From Nitrosopumilaceae archaeon (GTDB lineage Archaea; Thermoproteota; Nitrososphaeria; Nitrososphaerales; Nitrosopumilaceae), in contig CBDATR010000010.1 of assembly GCA_965200155.1 (NCBI GenBank), positions 96,001-160,000 of the forward strand: DNA of 64,000 nt, given 5' to 3'. The translations under genes and the position numbers were made by a program. The notes beneath the pieces are model-generated. The model did not search any database. It saw only the letters and a program-made list of their open reading frames with translations, and was not told the origin of the DNA. Shown here one piece after another: positions 61,884 through 64,000 of this stretch (the stretch's first letter is position 1; the number at the start of each line of letters is the position of its first letter).

Positions 61884-63395
61884 TTATAACTGCATTCTGG
61901 CAGCAACCTCGTTCATTACAGAAAGGCCCTGAGCCCTCCATGTCTGAACACATGATACGAATGTGGACATGCGGCGCATTGCCCTTTCGCCACCCTTTAT
62001 CTGGCCACTAATCTTGCGGAATACCACTGCGTATCAGAACCGGTTCCACTGCTCCGCTGGATTGTTGGTGGGCTCTACACAGTCATATTCTAAGAATACG
62101 AACATGCATGGTATGGCCTTATTCAATCCTTTTACCTTCTTTTGTAGTTCAGCATCATCAACATCACAGTACTGATGCAGAATGGATTCTGCTCCTGTCT
62201 CAAATGAGTGTCGTAATTGCGCGGACGGCCCGCAGTGATTCAGGGATTCCCGTGCGCTCCGGAACAATCCTTTCAGGTCGTTGTCAAGTTTGATCCGGGC
62301 GTCCTGAGCACCGGGATCAATATAGAATCCTGCATGTAATGCCTGGGTATCGCGCAATAAATGCGCCCAACACAACTGGTGCTTCCCACCGTCATCAAAC
62401 CGGCGATACACAACGTACCTGTCTGTGACTATCGCACCATGGTAACCGTTAAGGTATTTGTTCACTACATTTGAACTCCTACTTTTGTCATATATGGACA
62501 TCATCCACTCTTCGGCCCGCATCCCCCATACCCAGCCACGCCTACCCGCCAGTGATATACCAGTTTCGTCCACATGAATGCTGGGTGATTTTATTATATT
62601 CTCATGAATTGTTTCCATAAATGATTCACATGCATCGGCGGCCCTGGCAATTATGTTGTTTACTGCACCCACCGATATATTCAGGCCGAAGAGATCCTTC
62701 GAAATTACAGGTATGCGTTTTATTGGAATCTTTTCTGCGCGTAATGCGGTGATGGCACCGCATAATTTAACCCCAAAACTACCACTCTTTGGGACGCCCG
62801 CTGCTGGGGCCAGTTGTTTTTTGCCGCACTTGCATGCAGCCATTTCTATCACATGAAGGGCCTCCTCTATTTTGGCTGGTATTAATTCCGTTATGTGTCG
62901 TTGTTTCCAACCAATTTTTGTCATCATATTGCCGCACTCACATATTGGTGTGTACTCAAAGGTGTGATGCACTACTCTGCCGGGGTTGTGGGAACGGGAA
63001 ACCCCCTTGTGTCCCTTTTGAGCGCCAGCCTTTTTGGCTGATTTAGTATTGACTTCTGTATGTTGCTTATTATCTCCCTGTTTTCGCTTCTTGTACTGGA
63101 GGGATTGAAGGGATGGTGGCGTGTGAGCATTCTCATAATATTTAAGTCGCGTTGTGAGTACCGCAATTTTCCCCTGTTTTTCTTCTAATTTCTCATTCAA
63201 TTCATTTACATAATTCCTAATAATTTGGAAATCTTGTGTGAGATTTCGTATTTCTTTTGTGGTGCGGGACACATATGCTTCCAATACTCTCACACGTTCC
63301 TTGTAATGTGCAAGATCTTTCTCGGTAGACGCAAGGGTATCCTGAAGAAGTTTATTTTCCAGTTCCAATTCCTTATAGGACCGGCGTCTTCTCAT
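61884..63395 (-). pseudogene. IS66 DDE transposase with premature TGA at 62034
   Basis: Leucine zipper, CxC zinc finger, IHVDETG, TDRY, HQLCWAHLLRD, EPTNNPAE; frame continues YAVVFRKISG to 61884. Confidence 0.88.
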
Positions 63396-63434
63396 TAGAT
63401 TCTTATTGCAAATTTGGTATTTAAGTAAAATATT

Positions 63435-63526
63435 GTATGAGTTCACGTCTTGCGGAATCTTATGCACAAATCACATTAACTATCGCGATCAGTTATGCGT
63501 AAATTTAGACACAGGTGAACTCATAC
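63435..63526. mobile_element. MITE-A nested in IS66 upstream region
   Basis: TSD AAAATATT. Confidence 0.95.
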
Positions 63527-63640
63527 AAAATATTACCATACCAATCTATATCTTAGTGAATGATCAAAACACGTGAACTCATACAAAGCAATATCACAAA
63601 TCAAGTCAACACCCGACTTTAAGGAAATCGTTCCAGGTCG

Positions 63641-63739
63641 GTATGAGTTCACGTCTTCCGGAATCTTATGCACAAATCACATTAACTGGTAACCGGTTCT
63701 ATCAGTTATGCGTAAATTTAGAAACAGGTGAACTCATAC
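63641..63739. mobile_element. MITE-A with GTAACCGGTTCT filler
   Basis: TSD CCAGGTCG. Confidence 0.94.
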
Positions 63740-64000
63740 CCAGGTCGAGCCGGAGGGGAGATAAAGACTGACGGGACACGTACGCGTACAACGTCCTGAA
63801 AAAAATCAGGAGGCAATGTATTCTGGTAAACAAAAAACCCACACGTGTAACGTACAGATAACATCAAACAAGACTGATAATTCACATCAGTGGAGTATAT
63901 GAGGGAAAAAGACACGATTATGGCATATTCAAGAATGATATTCCCCTCGGTGGCAAATGGGGCAAGTCCCTAAAAGAATCAACCACGCCACCATCCGATA

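Larger units (their letters stand above)
61826..63584 (-). mobile_element. IS66-family element, single-ORF (ISBst12-like) type
   Basis: 24-bp TIR GTATGAGTTCACGTGTTTTGATCA at both ends, 8-bp TSD AAAGCAAT. Confidence 0.92.
61361..64000 (+). pseudogene. IS5/ISL2-like (HTH + DDE) transposase relic interrupted by IS66 and MITE-A
   Basis: HSLTGCTPEEF, QEILAAILKINQSNICRYI, continues after IS66 as ISQIKS...GRAGGEIKTDGT. Confidence 0.65.

Noticed and set aside
2934-63739. Many short ORFs ending MSSRLPES..., YEFTSSGIL...GELI or MSSPVSKFTHN
   Set aside because: Translations of MITE-A, not a protein family.

Overview
Archaeal chromosome segment, almost certainly Thaumarchaeota/Nitrosopumilaceae (inferred from aIF-2alpha/Nop10, GatD/GatE, CdvB, AglB, thermosome, cupredoxins, PEFG-CTERM protein, cobalamin genes). 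Intact housekeeping blocks alternate with heavily degraded mobile DNA. The mobile DNA includes 18 full copies of a 92-bp IS66-type MITE plus its likely parent IS66, a second MITE family, and IS903-like, IS481-like, TnpB and ISL2-like relics. A ~12 kb accessory island (34.6-46.7 kb) carries a Type ISP restriction-modification gene, a PIN protein, an Mrr-like nuclease and a Trp/Cys repeat protein. Three signals stand out. (1) Four dispersed 35-37 bp foreign inserts are each flanked by a 36-bp (one apparent 37-bp) duplication of local sequence, the geometry expected from ectopic Cas1-Cas2 spacer integration; one has its empty allele in the window and one knocks out a nuclease. (2) Recurrent purine-CCGG-pyrimidine junction fillers (e.g. 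GGAACCGGTTCC) suggest non-templated end-joining. (3) An (AGTCCACC)7 repeat lies between two alternative specificity modules of the Type ISP enzyme, with three predictable frame states. All calls are by eye; no database searches were run.
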